From Schmidtea polychroa (lineage: Eukaryota), in contig CM097885.1 in assembly GCA_044892525.1 (NCBI GenBank), positions 37,326,001 to 37,390,000 on the forward strand: 64,000 nucleotides of DNA. The letters run 5' to 3'. Shown one piece after another: positions 12,900-25,329 of the stretch. The notes below the pieces were generated by a model. The model searched no databases. It saw nothing but the letters and a program-made list of their open reading frames with translations, and was not told the DNA's origin. Positions within the stretch are counted from its first letter, which is position 1. Each line of letters starts with the position of its first letter. The translations under genes and the position numbers were made by a program.

Positions 12900-15495
12900 A
12901 CTATTAACTAAATTAAATTCTGTTATATCCGAAATGGGATATGTTAAAATTCAAATGTGCATATGTAGAGTTTGAAAAAGATGGACAATTTCAGTCTTTT
13001 ATAATATCTAATTCGGCGAAACCCATGAGTTATACTTTTTTAGATGAGAGTATTGCTCTTTTGAATGAAAAAATAACTCAAATCTGTGAAAATGGTAGCA
13101 ACTAGTCAATTAATAAAATTAAGGAAATTAGTTTTAAATTGACAAACTATTCACAAATAAGTAGGTTGAGTGGTCACGGAGGTATTGATACTCCTCCAAA
13201 ATTATCCTTAAAATATTGTACGGTTAATGTGAAAAACACTGACGATATGTATTTCATCTATAGTATTTTATCTATTATAACATATGATGAGGTTAGTAGT
13301 TATGCCAGAAATAGTTGCCATTGAAATTGTGTAATGTCCAGAAATTTGAGGCTAAAGATCCTGGATATGCGATTAATGTTCTTTTGTATGATGAATTTGA
13401 CTTAATAAATGTTAATGATGTTGAGGTCCGTAAATTAAAATAAATTTAAATGAAATTTAAGTTGAAAATTTAAATAAATGTAAGTGAAGAAAAAGACAAA
13501 TAAAAGCGTGATCATGCACAGAATTGATAGTAAAGAAAAGTGTGATGGAAGCAGTATTAGAAAATGCCAAAAGCAATTGCGAAAGGCAAGAATCCGGAAA
13601 TCCGAGAAAAATCAATAAATTGTAAAATCATCGAAATCGAATTGGGAAAACGGGACAGGTATAGATTAGCCAATGGTCAATAAGATGATGATCAAGGATT
13701 TATCAGGAAATAGTTGTGAAGGGTCGAAAAGCATTCAAATGTGTAAAAACAGAAAACGTTAATTAATTAATTAATCGGCTAATAGAAAACCCGAGCTAAT
13801 GGAGAACCCGAGAGATGAAGGAAACCCGAGCTGGGTAAACAAGAAGAAAAGTAAACAGAAGGAAGATTTGGGCCCATTAGCTTGACACAATGATTAATTG
13901 GAAAAGAACAAGCAGAAGATAGTGCGTGTAGAAAGGCCGGACGGGCCATTAATTATCTTTGTTCGTTGGACCATTATGGGTGACAGCCGAAGCAGATATG
14001 TGGAAGTGAATGTCAAATGAGAGATTGGCTCGGCAATAACCATTTGTCATCCCGATTTCGAAGAGTATATAAGGAATGGGAAAATCAGAGCAAATCGGCA
14101 TTTTGCCTCAGGTAGGGTAAGAAGAATCGAGATTTGTCGAGAGGTAAAAATGAATTAAGGAGATTAGGGAAAAGAAGATATAGAATAGGAATACAGAAAG
14201 GTGAAAACGAATCAAATCAAACAGAAAAAGAGGAAAACGTGGGTCACGAGAATCTAAAGAAATAAAAGGTGAATATTGTCTTTTGTCAAAGCATCAACTC
14301 CGTGCTGAGAATCGGTCAAACGTAACTTTGATTATTGATTGTAAAGTGTTGAGAAAAGGTTGTAAATTTTGTTATTCCAATACGTTGGGTAGTTATTGTT
14401 TTGATTTAAAGGACACGAGGAGTCAGAAGTTACCGACTTAAATTAACTGAAAACCCAACAATGATAAGGAAGTTTTGAAATATCCTTTTGTTGATGTCAT
14501 ACATAGGTCTAAAGTTGTAGGTGGAATTCCCATTAATTTTTTGTTGTTGGAGGAAAGTGACTCCTTTCATTACATAGAAATTACTAATCTTGACAGGCTC
14601 TTGAATTGTAATACTGTTTCAAATGTTAGAATTCAGAGTATTTGGCGTGAACGATGCTTGAATTGATTCAGATTGGCTGAAGCTTTTAAGAAGCATCAGG
14701 CATTATGTGAGAAAAACCAACTAGGTACAACTTTGTATAGTTTACCTTCCGATAAGAACTTGATATTTAAAGATTGGTCTAAGATTGTGACTCCTCCTTT
14801 TGTTGTATACGCTGATTTTGAGGCTGTTTTACCTAAGGACGATAAATATTTTCAGCTCCACTTGCCGATTTCAGCCGGACTATTATTAAATAATAATTTT
14901 ACTGGTGAAAAGATATATAAGAGTTTTTATGGTGTAAACAGTATTGCAGTATTGAACAATTTTTGACTGAAATAAATGAAATTGGTGAAAAAATAGTTTT
15001 ACCTTACTTCTTAAATAATTCCAAAACGAAAATAGAATTTCTTTCTTCTGACAAGAAAAGATTCTTTCGTTCTTCAACCATTTGTTACTTGTGCAATAAA
15101 CTGTTAGAAAATCCAGTTAAAGATCATGATCATTACACGGGTAAATATTTGGGGACTACTTGTTCCAAATGTAATATTTCAAGACAAATTAGGTTTATCA
15201 TGCCTGTAATTTTTCATAATTTATGGGGATATGATTTCTCAAATATGGTTTAAATGAAATGAAAAATTGGGATATTAGTTGTATTCCTACCAGCAGCGAA
15301 AGGTTTTTGACTTTAACGGCAAGAGTTGATAGTTTAAGCATTAAATTTATCGATTCTTGTCAATTTGTTAGTTCCAGTTTAAATGATGCAGTAAAAAAAA
15401 GATGCCTTTAACATCAGCTGAATTTAGGGGGACTATTGTTAATTCAAAGGGGATATTCCCATATAATTTTGTAACTTCTTTAGAAGTTTTAAAAC
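12900..15495 (+). pseudogene. Degraded Polinton/Maverick-type protein-primed PolB N-terminal half (exonuclease and endonuclease VII-like regions), interrupted by a solo LTR
   Basis: Collinear motifs VNVKNTDDMYFIYSILS, HYIEITNLDRLL, PFVVYADFEAVL, CYLC...KDHDHYTGKYLG..CSKCN, PVIFHNLWGYD, KFIDS and KGIFPY, broken by stops and frameshifts. Confidence 0.8.
13419..14460. mobile_element. Solo LTR (1042 bp) with 4-bp target-site duplication ATGA
   Basis: Starts TGTTG and ends CAACA; ATGA lies at 13415-13418 and 14461-14464. It interrupts the PolB relic. Confidence 0.82.
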
Positions 15496-15990
15496 GTACG
15501 TATGACTAAGTACGTATAAATAAGAAATTTTGTTTGATTTTAAATGTCATAGTTCAGAGATGAAATTAAAATACTTAATTCTAATACACGAATTTACCTT
15601 CCTTTTAAATACTATAGGAGATAAAAGTGTAGTGAATAAATTTCTCGATCGAAACTCTGCCCTCGTTAACCTGATCTTTGTATAAAAACTACTAATAAAA
15701 ATATTAACCAAAGATAGAGTTGTAAATAGAAACAGGGTAAAGTATTAAGATAAATTCCTGAAATAAAACCCAAAAGATAAATCTGAGAAATGACTTTTCA
15801 TCGATAACTCGAAATAACGAATTTTCTTGCATAAGATTAAATATCATAGTTAAAACAGTAATTAAATGATTAATTTTAATAAATAGGTTTATTGAAATAA
15901 ATTACGAAATAAAAGTCTAATGAACATCATTGGTTAGATCATCCAGAGCCGGCTCACTCAACGCGCTGCAATTCCCATGGCCCAACCGTC

Positions 15991-16332
15991 ATGTCGCCAG
16001 TCACAGCGGACGTCACAATGACAAGAACACATATACCCACGTCATCAACCGTAAACTCTGCGGACCCCTCAATTCCTCAAAGAGTAACCCAGACGGAACC
16101 TCCTAAACAGAAAAGAAAGAAGCGGCAAACCCACGCAGAGAAAACTAAAAAGCGGCGCGAGGAAATGGCTACTTTAGAAGCAACCTTGTTCGCCGTATCG
16201 CAGGCAAAAGTAGTTCCTCCCGCAGGACCAGTTTCTTCATTCAAATTCGTGCCGGCGACTGCCTTTTTACCAACTCCCGACCCCGTGCTGGAAAACGACA
16301 TCACCGCGATGTTGATAGAAGGAGACATTTAA
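15991..16332 (+). CDS. Small orphan ORF with a basic NLS-like motif, probably transposon-associated
   Basis: GC-richer island in AT-rich DNA; contains PPKQKRKKRQTHAEKTKKRREE and lies about 50 nt downstream of a possible acceptor (ggttAG). No recognisable family. Confidence 0.35.
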   Translation: MSPVTADVTMTRTHIPTSSTVNSADPSIPQRVTQTEPPKQKRKKRQTHAEKTKKRREEMATLEATLFAVSQAKVVPPAGPVSSFKFVPATAFLPTPDPVLENDITAMLIEGDI

Positions 16333-17401
16333 ACACAAGTACTTCGATCACAGTGATTAACCTGAAGTCAATCCTGCAGGATCAATGTATATTGTAAACC
16401 CTTTAGTGTATCAATTGTGACAGTGTTTAATGGTGTAAATTTGTTATATTTTTATTTCTTTCCTTTTTGATGCATCCGGGAACTATGTCAGATCTAATAA
16501 ATGTTAGAATGTGAAGCGTTGTCTCGGTGATATTTGAGTGATTAGTTAAATGTTCTAAGGTTGTATCGTGAACATGGTGATATGTCAAAAGACCTCACTT
16601 GGACCAGAGGCAATTGTCGCTCGATGTAATTCCTTCTATGGCATTCTAGAACCCGAACCGCGAATGCTGTGAGGAGTAGTCCTAACGCAAGAGCTAACCT
16701 GCTCACAGGTTACAACCTCGGTGTACATCACCAACATGACTCGTCGTCATGGGTACACAGGAGGGAATATAATCAACAAATCATTTTGGGTGCCTGGGAA
16801 AGAGTCGAGTGTGGTCGTTTAGTTACCCCTGGTTACATCAGTTATGAATGGCATGCCCCAGGTACCCAACAATGTACTGAGGTGAGGCAGTGAACGCAAT
16901 CAACCAAAGCCAATCCCGACAATCTATTAACATTCTATTCAATCCACATCCATCGAACTTTATTAAGTTCTATTCAAATCGTGTTTATCGAACTTATAAT
17001 GATTTATTTGTGGAACTATTGTATATTTATTTCTTTTAACAAACTGTTTTATTTCTCTTATAGTTGATATATTCCTGTTGTGCTTATTTAATTTACAGTG
17101 AATGTATTTCTATTGTATATATTTATTTTATTGTTGATATATAAATTTTATTTTATGTAATACAATATAAATTATATTTTATCATACGCGTAATTTAGTT
17201 AAGCACAAGGGAAAAATAAATAATTTATAAAAAAAATTAAGTATTATTACAATTAGTAAATAAATTGATTATTATTAAAGTAGTATTATAATTAGTAAAT
17301 AAATCATGTATTAATGTAAAAATATAAAAATTTTATAAATTATTAAATACATGCACGCGATTTTAATAGTTTTAATAGTCATTATTAAAAGCATGCACAC
17401 G

Positions 17402-17502
<101 letters not shown>

Positions 17503-19544
17503 ATTAATATTTTAATAGTAAAATAGTCCGTGCGTATAAGCCGGAAATATTAATATTTTATTTTTATTATAGAAAATTTAATATAAATAGACGCGAAAAA
17601 ATCATTTAGTTTGCACAAAAATCAGCTCAAAGAAAAGTATTCAAAGGTAAATCCTTAGAATAAATCAAAACTCAGAGCAGACAAAAACGCTCTACATAGA
17701 CGATAATAAATTTTAATTTAAGTTACATAGCATGTGTTGGGCTAGAACTGACTTCTAGACCCAAACTTGAATTGTGACTGAAAGGTGTAGGTACACAACA
17801 TGCAAAAACAAAAAGTGTAGTTAAATATTAAAATTACATCAAATAAACAATATTAATTAAAGGAGAAAACAACAAAAGCATAAACACCGAAATTAAATAA
17901 AATCATACCAAAAGCAAGAAGTCATGCAAAATCTAACTAAAAAAATGATCAAATAAACATAGAGTTACAAGAAACAAACTCGAATAACTTAAAAGCTGGT
18001 AAGAACAGTAAAAAATTCCAGAAAAACCCAGAACATTCCATAAAAATGGCGATGACCATCATAAAAGCTATCTTAAACAATAAAATTTAGACAAAATCAA
18101 TAAATTAGTAATAAAAATGAAAATTCGTAAAAAGAAATCCATAAAACACCAATTAAAATAAAAATTAAATTAAAAGTGAAATAGAATGTTCTGGAACCGT
18201 TCCAAATCCATCATGGACGTAAAATTAATGAAAAATAATTAAAGAATAAAAATATAAAAATAAAAACAAAAATTATGGCACAAAAATTGCCATTAAAAAT
18301 ATCGAAATTACAAAATAGAAAGTTCTGGAATAAAAAGAATTCGAGTTTGTTTTAATGCATCAATACATACACGTGTACAAAATAGGTATATATACTGACA
18401 CGTTTCAGTCACAATCAATCACTATTTTTATGCCAATTTTTGCAGAAAGTATTGCCAACGAAAATAGTAAGAATTGTTGATTTTTTTATTGCATTAATGA
18501 AGTACTTTTTAAATTAGTTATCATTTTATTTGTTGATTTTTATTATATTAATGAATTATTTTTTTTAATTTATGATTATTTTATGTGTTGATTACATTAA
18601 TGAATTACCATTTCAATTTATGAGTATTTTATTTGTTTATTACATTGGTGAATCACTTTTCAATTTATTATCAATTATGTAGGGGAATCGAAGTAATTGC
18701 ATTTTTTGATGTCTCTTGCTTTTGATTTTCTCCAGTGATGTACGAAGGTTCGACGGCGTACTGGTATTCCTGCGTCGTCGTTCGGTCCTGCATCTAATTT
18801 TTATAGCACATGCATTATCAATATTATAGCAATCTAATATTATATCATCCTTTTTTTGTTCGGGTCTTTCGGGGGTCGAACTACTTCATGGTCCTGCCAT
18901 GGAGTTAGGTCGAGGAAACCCTCCGTCTGACTCTTTGTATTTATGTAAGGTCGACCGTAAATGGTTGACTCAACACACAACACTAAGGTTTGTGGAAGTG
19001 GTCACAGTGGGCCCATGGAAGCAATATTCTTCCCGACTTTTAGTTAATACACATGTAAAATCCACATTCAAAATCACGAACAAAAACTCTACATTAAGGT
19101 TCTAAATTGAGTAGAACTCGTACCTAAAATGACACAATCCTGCACTCACACTCATGTAGCTGGTTGACCCTTAATAGTAATTGCAAGTATACTTAGACAG
19201 ATGCCGAACTAGAATTTGAAATAAGAAGTTACAGTAAAGTAATAAAATGAGAAGGATCGTCGGCATGTGTATAAGTATAGTTTGATTTAGATAGGCTAAT
19301 TAAAGTAAATGTAGATACCATAAATGTAATTCTCCAGAAACAAATTACAAATTGATCAGGAATCCTACTCTAATATATTTGGGTAAATGATAAATGAACA
19401 ACACGGATAAATCTTAACTATAAAAATAGACCATAAGCAAGTGTATATAGATCAGAAAATATAAATCTAGTTATGTATGTATATGTTAACTCTAAATAGG
19501 TAACCTAGTAAGGATAATAGATAGATTTTTAACCACAAAGATAT

Positions 19545-20065
19545 AAATGTTATATATAATTTATAATTATAAATTCCAAATGGTTATGGGAAAATTTTGC
19601 TTTATAATAATGAAGGGGAATCTCTTTAGTAATCCCTTTAATCTTAGAAATATAAATGAATAAAATGTTATATATAAATTATAATTATAAATTCCCAATA
19701 GTTACGGTTAAATTTTACCTTATAAGAATGAAAGAATCTCTTTAATAATCCCTTTAATCTTAGAAATATAAATGATAAAAATGTTATATATAAATTATAA
19801 TTAGAAATTCCCAAGGGTTATGGTTAACTTTTACCTTATAAGAATGGAAGAATCTCTTTAATAATCGCTTCAGTATTAGAAACATAGATGATAAAATGTT
19901 ATATATGAGTTATAATTATAAATTCCCAATATTTATGGTTAAATTTTACTCTATAAAAATGAAAGAATCTCTTTAATAATCTCTTCAACCTTAAAAGCAC
20001 AAATGATAAAATTATAAATGTTATCTAAATTATAATTACAAATCCCCAATGGTTATGGTTAAAAG
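19545..20065 (+). repeat. Tandem array of about 4.5 copies of a ~115-bp unit inside the LTR
   Basis: Unit aatgttatatataaattataattataaattcccaa..gttatggttaaattttaccttataagaatgaaagaatctctttaataatc recurs at about 19546, 19663, 19779, 19894 and 20016. Confidence 0.9.
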
Positions 20066-21330
20066 TTATTTGATATAAATTATAAATATAATCTATAAAT
20101 AGGTATAAATACGAATTATAGATAGTTATATTTAATACTTAGCTATAAATATACAAAGTACAAATAGCGATAATGACCTGCAACGAAGCATACGACGTTA
20201 GAATCAGGGCTATAAAAATCTTGCTAGAGTCATGAATTACAAATTGAAATAATTATATTCATTATTATAACCATCATCATTAGTGTTATTATTACCATTA
20301 TTATTATTTGTTATTATTGTTACTATTATTACTACGATTGTTATCATGGTATTATTATTATTATTATTATTATTATTGTTACAATTATTATTGTTATCTC
20401 TATCAGCAATTATTGCTCACCAAAATCAATATTCCAATCGAAATATCGATTTAAGATTTGCCCCAAGACAAATTTAGTATCAACCCTTTAGATCCAATAA
20501 GAAGGAGCGAAATCCTTAAAAGTTATTTTTAGTAACCCCCCTCTAGAAAATGTTAACACTATCTAAGTAAATTGGAGATAGGGGCGGAAGTATATTATCA
20601 AAACCTATGAGATACCTATCTAAATCATTAATGAATCGTAATCATATCATTTGTTTACTAGAGAATCAAACCACTATTACTAAAATACCAAAGATTTCTT
20701 TATTATGATTAATAAATTATAAATACAAAACTACTACGAATTCCAAAAGAGAATCCCTAACGAGGAGTCGTACGACGATCTCCCAAAGCTAAACTCGTCT
20801 ATCTCCAGCCAAGAAAAATCATTACCCAGCATTCCTAGAAATGAAAATTTGCGGTAAATAAATAAATTACCCGAGCTTCTTAAAAGTCGATTGTACCACT
20901 CATGACGAGCACGATCAAGGAGAGGTAAGTAAACGAGAACTAAGCTCGCCACTAATACCTATCACCCGATGTGCCCGAATTCAGTAGTAATTTACTAATT
21001 CCCGGGAATTCGACGAAATTTAACATAAAGATTTTTAAATTACCATCTCGTGGTAAATAAATGATAAATAGTGAATTAGTAAGTTTAAACAAATATGACA
21101 GTGAGGGAATTTTTTTTTGTCGAGGTATGGACCTTTCAACATTAATGCTTAATCTAGATAAATGTTTTTTTTTTATTTTTAATTGATTAAGAATTTTATC
21201 GATAAATTAAATAAAAAATTTCATGTTAAAAGTAGTTACATTACTTATAGTAACTTTGGTAGTTAAAGTATTATTTATTTTGGGTATATTTTCCACATTG
21301 GGTATGATCGTTAATATTTGTACTACAGAT

Positions 21331-21696
21331 ATGTCACAATCAGATGAGTTCAGCGATGAAGAAAACCACCGACAGACGATCACCCGCCTCCGGACCCGTT
21401 AAATCTGGCACCATATACATCGGTGGGGTCAGGGAAGGGACCTAGATTGTACGGAACGAGTAATCCGGACAGGCCCCGAAGTAGATGCCCCGGCGTGGGT
21501 GAAGGTGGAACCGGAGAATAACCGGCTGCAGGAGGCCCGAGACCAAGCGGCCTGGGAGGTGGAAGCCGCTCAGATGCGACTCAGGAAGATCGAGTTACAA
21601 ATCCGGGCGAAAAGAGAAGGAGTGCCCGTGGAGGAGCTAGAGGAGGCCATAGCATCCCCACGAAAGAGAGGGAGGCCCCGCAAATGCCGAGGGTGA
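21331..21696 (+). pseudogene. LTR-encoded ORF A: small coiled-coil protein with a C-terminal AT-hook; one in-frame TAA at 21400-21402
   Basis: ATG at 21331 lies 2 nt after tactacAG and is in frame with track ORF 21499-21696, which ends SPRKRGRPRKCRG (AT-hook core RGRP). Confidence 0.6.
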
Positions 21697-21902
21697 TCAA
21701 GGACCAACTATTGACTTACTATAATTGTGTGTATTGTGACAAATAATCAAAATTGGTTGAGGATCATGTGTTACTCTTTTTAACAAATTATCTTTTGAAT
21801 AAATTTCTTATTTAATAGCTAAAGTATCGTTATGCATGATATTGACCTTATTATATTGAACAAGGGGAATGCTGCAAGCCAGTAATCGTTGTAATTTATC
21901 TA

Positions 21903-22373
21903 GTGATCAAACTATGCGAAAATCTACGAAAGGACAGAGAAGAAGCCCAAAAACAGGCCGAGAAGCTCCGTATACGAGTGGACAAACTCAAGGGACGGTG
22001 CCGTGAACTAGAAAGCACCTGGTTTAGTCCTCAAGATATGAGGAAGAAGTTGACACAGGTCCTCCAATTGCAGACTCAAAACGCGCAGGATCAGATGGAG
22101 ATCCGGGCCTTGAAACTCCAACTCCGCGCGTTGGAAACCGAACGCAATGAACAAGCGGTTCACGGAGCCACCATAAGTCAAATCCGGCCGTTGTCCGTGG
22201 AGTTGGCAGCCATTTACCCTCCGGCCGCGAAAGATAAGCCCAAGAGGAAGCGGCTGGGGAGAAACATTCGTGAGAAATTAAAGAAGGCCAGACTGGCCGA
22301 ATACGAAAAGCAAGTGGGCTCCTCGCAAATATCTACGACGGGACTAATCGGCCCCACCAACCGGCCAAGTTGA
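21903..22373 (+). CDS. LTR-encoded ORF B: coiled-coil protein with a basic motif, probably entered by splicing
   Basis: 156 open codons starting at an acceptor-like tttatctAG. Homologs at about 40-478 and 59038-59259 are conserved at protein level (WFSP, EIRALKLQ, ELA.IYPPA, KPKRKRLGRN.REKLK). Confidence 0.7.
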   Translation: MIKLCENLRKDREEAQKQAEKLRIRVDKLKGRCRELESTWFSPQDMRKKLTQVLQLQTQNAQDQMEIRALKLQLRALETERNEQAVHGATISQIRPLSVELAAIYPPAAKDKPKRKRLGRNIREKLKKARLAEYEKQVGSSQISTTGLIGPTNRPS

Positions 22374-22793
22374 ACTTCCATTCCTTGATGTGTACTTCTG
22401 TAGTGTGTTTATATATCTAGTAGTATTAAAATGATATTTCCTTTGCTTGTTGTTAAAATAATACATGTTCGGTAGCGTTAAAAAATGTCTGATATATTTT
22501 ATGATTGTGTGAAAAGTGAGAGTTTGCACGTAAGGTTGGGAAAACAATTTTGATAAGGGACCTAAGGAAATCGGACACAAACCTTCTAACGGTAGTCCGT
22601 GAACCCATGGAGTGCTCGACGATTATAGTGCCTCGATGCGCTCACTTTTCGCGAGCACTCAACCCTTGGTACAGGACCAACGTTGATTACTCAACGGGTA
22701 CCAAGCGGAAACACTAACGTTGTATTTTGGGTTACGCTGGCAACCGCACTAAAGAACAAAATATTTGATCATCAGTAACCCACCATACAAATT

Positions 22794-22811
22794 TGGGAGC
22801 TCAGCCGGGAT
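22794..22811 (+). promoter_or_regulatory. Primer-binding site, tRNA-Pro type
   Basis: TGGGAGCTCAGCCGGGAT directly after the LTR; matches the classical tRNA-Pro PBS TGGGGGCTCGTCCGGGAT at 15 of 18 positions. Confidence 0.85.
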
Positions 22812-23479
22812 TATGAAAATTTTATTCGTGAAAGAACCCGAGAATAGATATAATAGAGAGAGTAAAAGCTGATGTAAAGTAATATGCATTCAGGAACGAA
22901 CAAATTGTTTTCCCAAAACACTTAAACTTAGTACATGGATATGCGAATATGATAAAATGTATGTGAAATGTTTAAATGAGTGATGGAAGTTTTGAAGTGT
23001 GTTAACATATGAATGTTTTGAAAGTGAGTGTGAGAACACTGTACGAATAACGTAGTAATAGATGATAACCGAAAATGAAAAACGAAAACAAAAATACAAT
23101 CAAATGGTAAATATTAACGATTAGAAAAATGTAAATATAAAGAAATAATGAAAATTTAAAAAATAGGGAAAAGATAAAACAAACAAACAACGTAATTAAA
23201 CTTATTCGAAAACGTGTAAAATAGGACGATAACGAACGGGATATGGGTTATATATTATAAAACGATTATAATAAAATCACAAGAACATGAGAGAAATTTG
23301 CGCGGGATAGAACATTAAACCAAGGGAGACGGGGTTGTTAAGGGTGATAAGTAGAATGTGAAGGTTCATTGAAGCACTAATAAAATAAGGTATTTAAGAT
23401 ATTAGAGGGAAATGATAAAGGGGGAAAATGACGCGGAATATTAATACAAAGGGAACTCTAATTAATAAATCTTACTTAG

Positions 23480-23962
23480 ATGGAATCAACCGGCTACATT
23501 ACAAAGAGACTCGAAAAATTCGTAGATTTAACACACAATTCGTTACAACGGCTAAATCGTAAAGCGGACCAGTTGGTGAAAATCCAAGACGAGATGAGCT
23601 TGAATCCCAGACCGCAAGCTGAGGAAATATGCGTAATGATGAAAATAGCAACACCTAATGCAGAATTGACCACTAAAAGAGTCTACCAAATTCAAAATTT
23701 ACGATTAGATAATGCCAAATTCAACATCAAATGGCAGGAGATAATGATAAAAATGGCAACGATTGAAGAAGAAATTAAAGAAGCAATCGAACATCAAATT
23801 AAAGACTTTAGAAAATGCTTCATATGCAGAATCAATGAAATACGAGTAATGACGATCCCATGTGGTCATTTATGTTATTGTGAGAATTGCGCAGAGAAAA
23901 TTAAACGATGTAACGTATGCGATACGAACGTTAGAGAAAAAATTGTAATATACCTCCCGTAG
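23480..23962 (+). CDS. Coiled-coil protein with a C-terminal IAP/MDM2-type C3HC4 RING (putative E3 ligase), upstream of gag
   Basis: CFICRINEIRVMTIPCGHLCYCENCAEKIKRCNVCDTNVREKIVIYLP; ATG directly after cttacttAG. Confidence 0.85.
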   Translation: MESTGYITKRLEKFVDLTHNSLQRLNRKADQLVKIQDEMSLNPRPQAEEICVMMKIATPNAELTTKRVYQIQNLRLDNAKFNIKWQEIMIKMATIEEEIKEAIEHQIKDFRKCFICRINEIRVMTIPCGHLCYCENCAEKIKRCNVCDTNVREKIVIYLP

Positions 23963-24687
23963 GGAGATGTTGTCAAATAAATTTATTGTGAATGAAGTGA
24001 TAAAATTATTAAATTATATTAAAATCCATTATAGCAACCGAAAGGTATAAAACATACGATGAACATAGACATATAAAGGACACAAAATACGTTAAATAAA
24101 TAGACAAGCAACACAGCAATTGGAACAACTAAAATCAAAATTGAATGCAGGACTGATCATAGTCGTACGAATGAGCTGATCGATAAGATCAGTACGATTT
24201 TTACTTCCAATTTTTTTTTCTCTCTTCCTGTTTTATTATTTTGGCATAAAGTGATATGACAATGAGGGGATGACAAGTGAATCGTCCTTACGACACTTGC
24301 CCGGATGGGGAAATCCTGATCACCCCGACGAGAGAATGTAGTAGGATCCATCGCAAATGTTGGGGAGTTTCTGTCGAGTGACTGATCACCACTTGTGGGA
24401 AATGAACCAACGCGATTATTATATTTTTTTTTGTCTGGGAGAATGGGGTTGACTAAAAGGGTAAATAAAAAATAGAAAAATAAAATAAAATTGAAAAACG
24501 CGCGCTAAATGTTAAAAATTTAATCCGAGAGCAGCTGCGGATTTGAAGAAACCGTTTTTGGACTTCAAATCAGATGAGAAATAATGATTTTTCCCTAGCG
24601 AGTGATGTGGCACCCGAGTACAGCGGCTAACCACCGGACTGTAGTGTCCAGGAGATTATCAGCCAAGGGACTGATGATGCTGGATCA

Positions 24688-25200
24688 CCCAATACAAAAA
24701 CCCGGATACCACACCGAGTATTGGGCGCACTTTTTTGAGTTGCTAGCGGGACTTGATACAAAAACCCGGAAGGGTAGCGAGCGAGAGAGACCCAGTTACC
24801 TACACCGAGTATTAAGGAGCCCAGTGAAACGGTTGTGAGATGCGGGTCAACCGGTAAAGGACTCGTACTCAACAGGCAACCAAGATTGGACCAGTTGTGA
24901 GGCGGGAGACCGAGAGTCAACTGCATATCCAATTTCCTTTTATCTTCACTAGTCGGGAGATCTGGTTCATCACTTTTGAGAATCAAGATCGAGGCGATTA
25001 GGCATTTCCGTGTTTTTTAAATCCTGATAGATAGAATGTTTTTTTCTTCGTGATTATTGCTAGCAGGGGTCGGTACAAAACCCGGATGCCCACACCAAGT
25101 ACCGATAGGCCCAGTGAAACGGCGATGAGATTAGAGTTACCGGTATTAGACTCTTTTCAATAGGCGGCCAAGAATTGAGCCAGTTGTGAGGCCTCAGCAG
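24688..25200 (+). ncRNA. Repeated structured RNA element in the retroelement leader (one partial and two longer copies)
   Basis: Three different stems (cccaatac/gtattggg, cttgatac/gtattaag, tcggtac/gtaccga) close the same AAAACCCGGA...ACACC(G/A)A interior. Two copies continue gcccagtgaaacgg...ccggta...ccagttgtgaggc. Confidence 0.6.
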
Positions 25201-25329
25201 ATTAGGAATTTGAGTAGGAGGAGCCTTAAATTTTTAATTAGTCCGAAAGCCAACTGTCAACTCAATTTAATCGCGGTAGGGACGATAGTAGAAAGCGTCG
25301 AGGGGTTGAAGAAACCTCATTTAGGGCAT

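Larger units (their letters stand above)
17735..22789 (+). repeat. 5' LTR (about 5055 bp)
   Basis: Runs TG...CA. The start is defined by the match to 48194. The end is defined by the PBS after a 4-nt spacer and by homologous LTR ends at 864 and 59611. Confidence 0.88.

Noticed and set aside
20283..20477. Leu/Ile-rich membrane peptide ORF
   Set aside because: Translation of (TTA/ATT)n low-complexity repeat.
24671..24860. Hammerhead ribozyme (CTGATGA at 24671 ... GAAAC at about 24826 ... GTA)
   Set aside because: Stems II and III can be drawn, but stem I does not pair (ccaaggga versus aaggactc), stem III needs a bulge at the core, and the repeat copy lacks CTGATGA.
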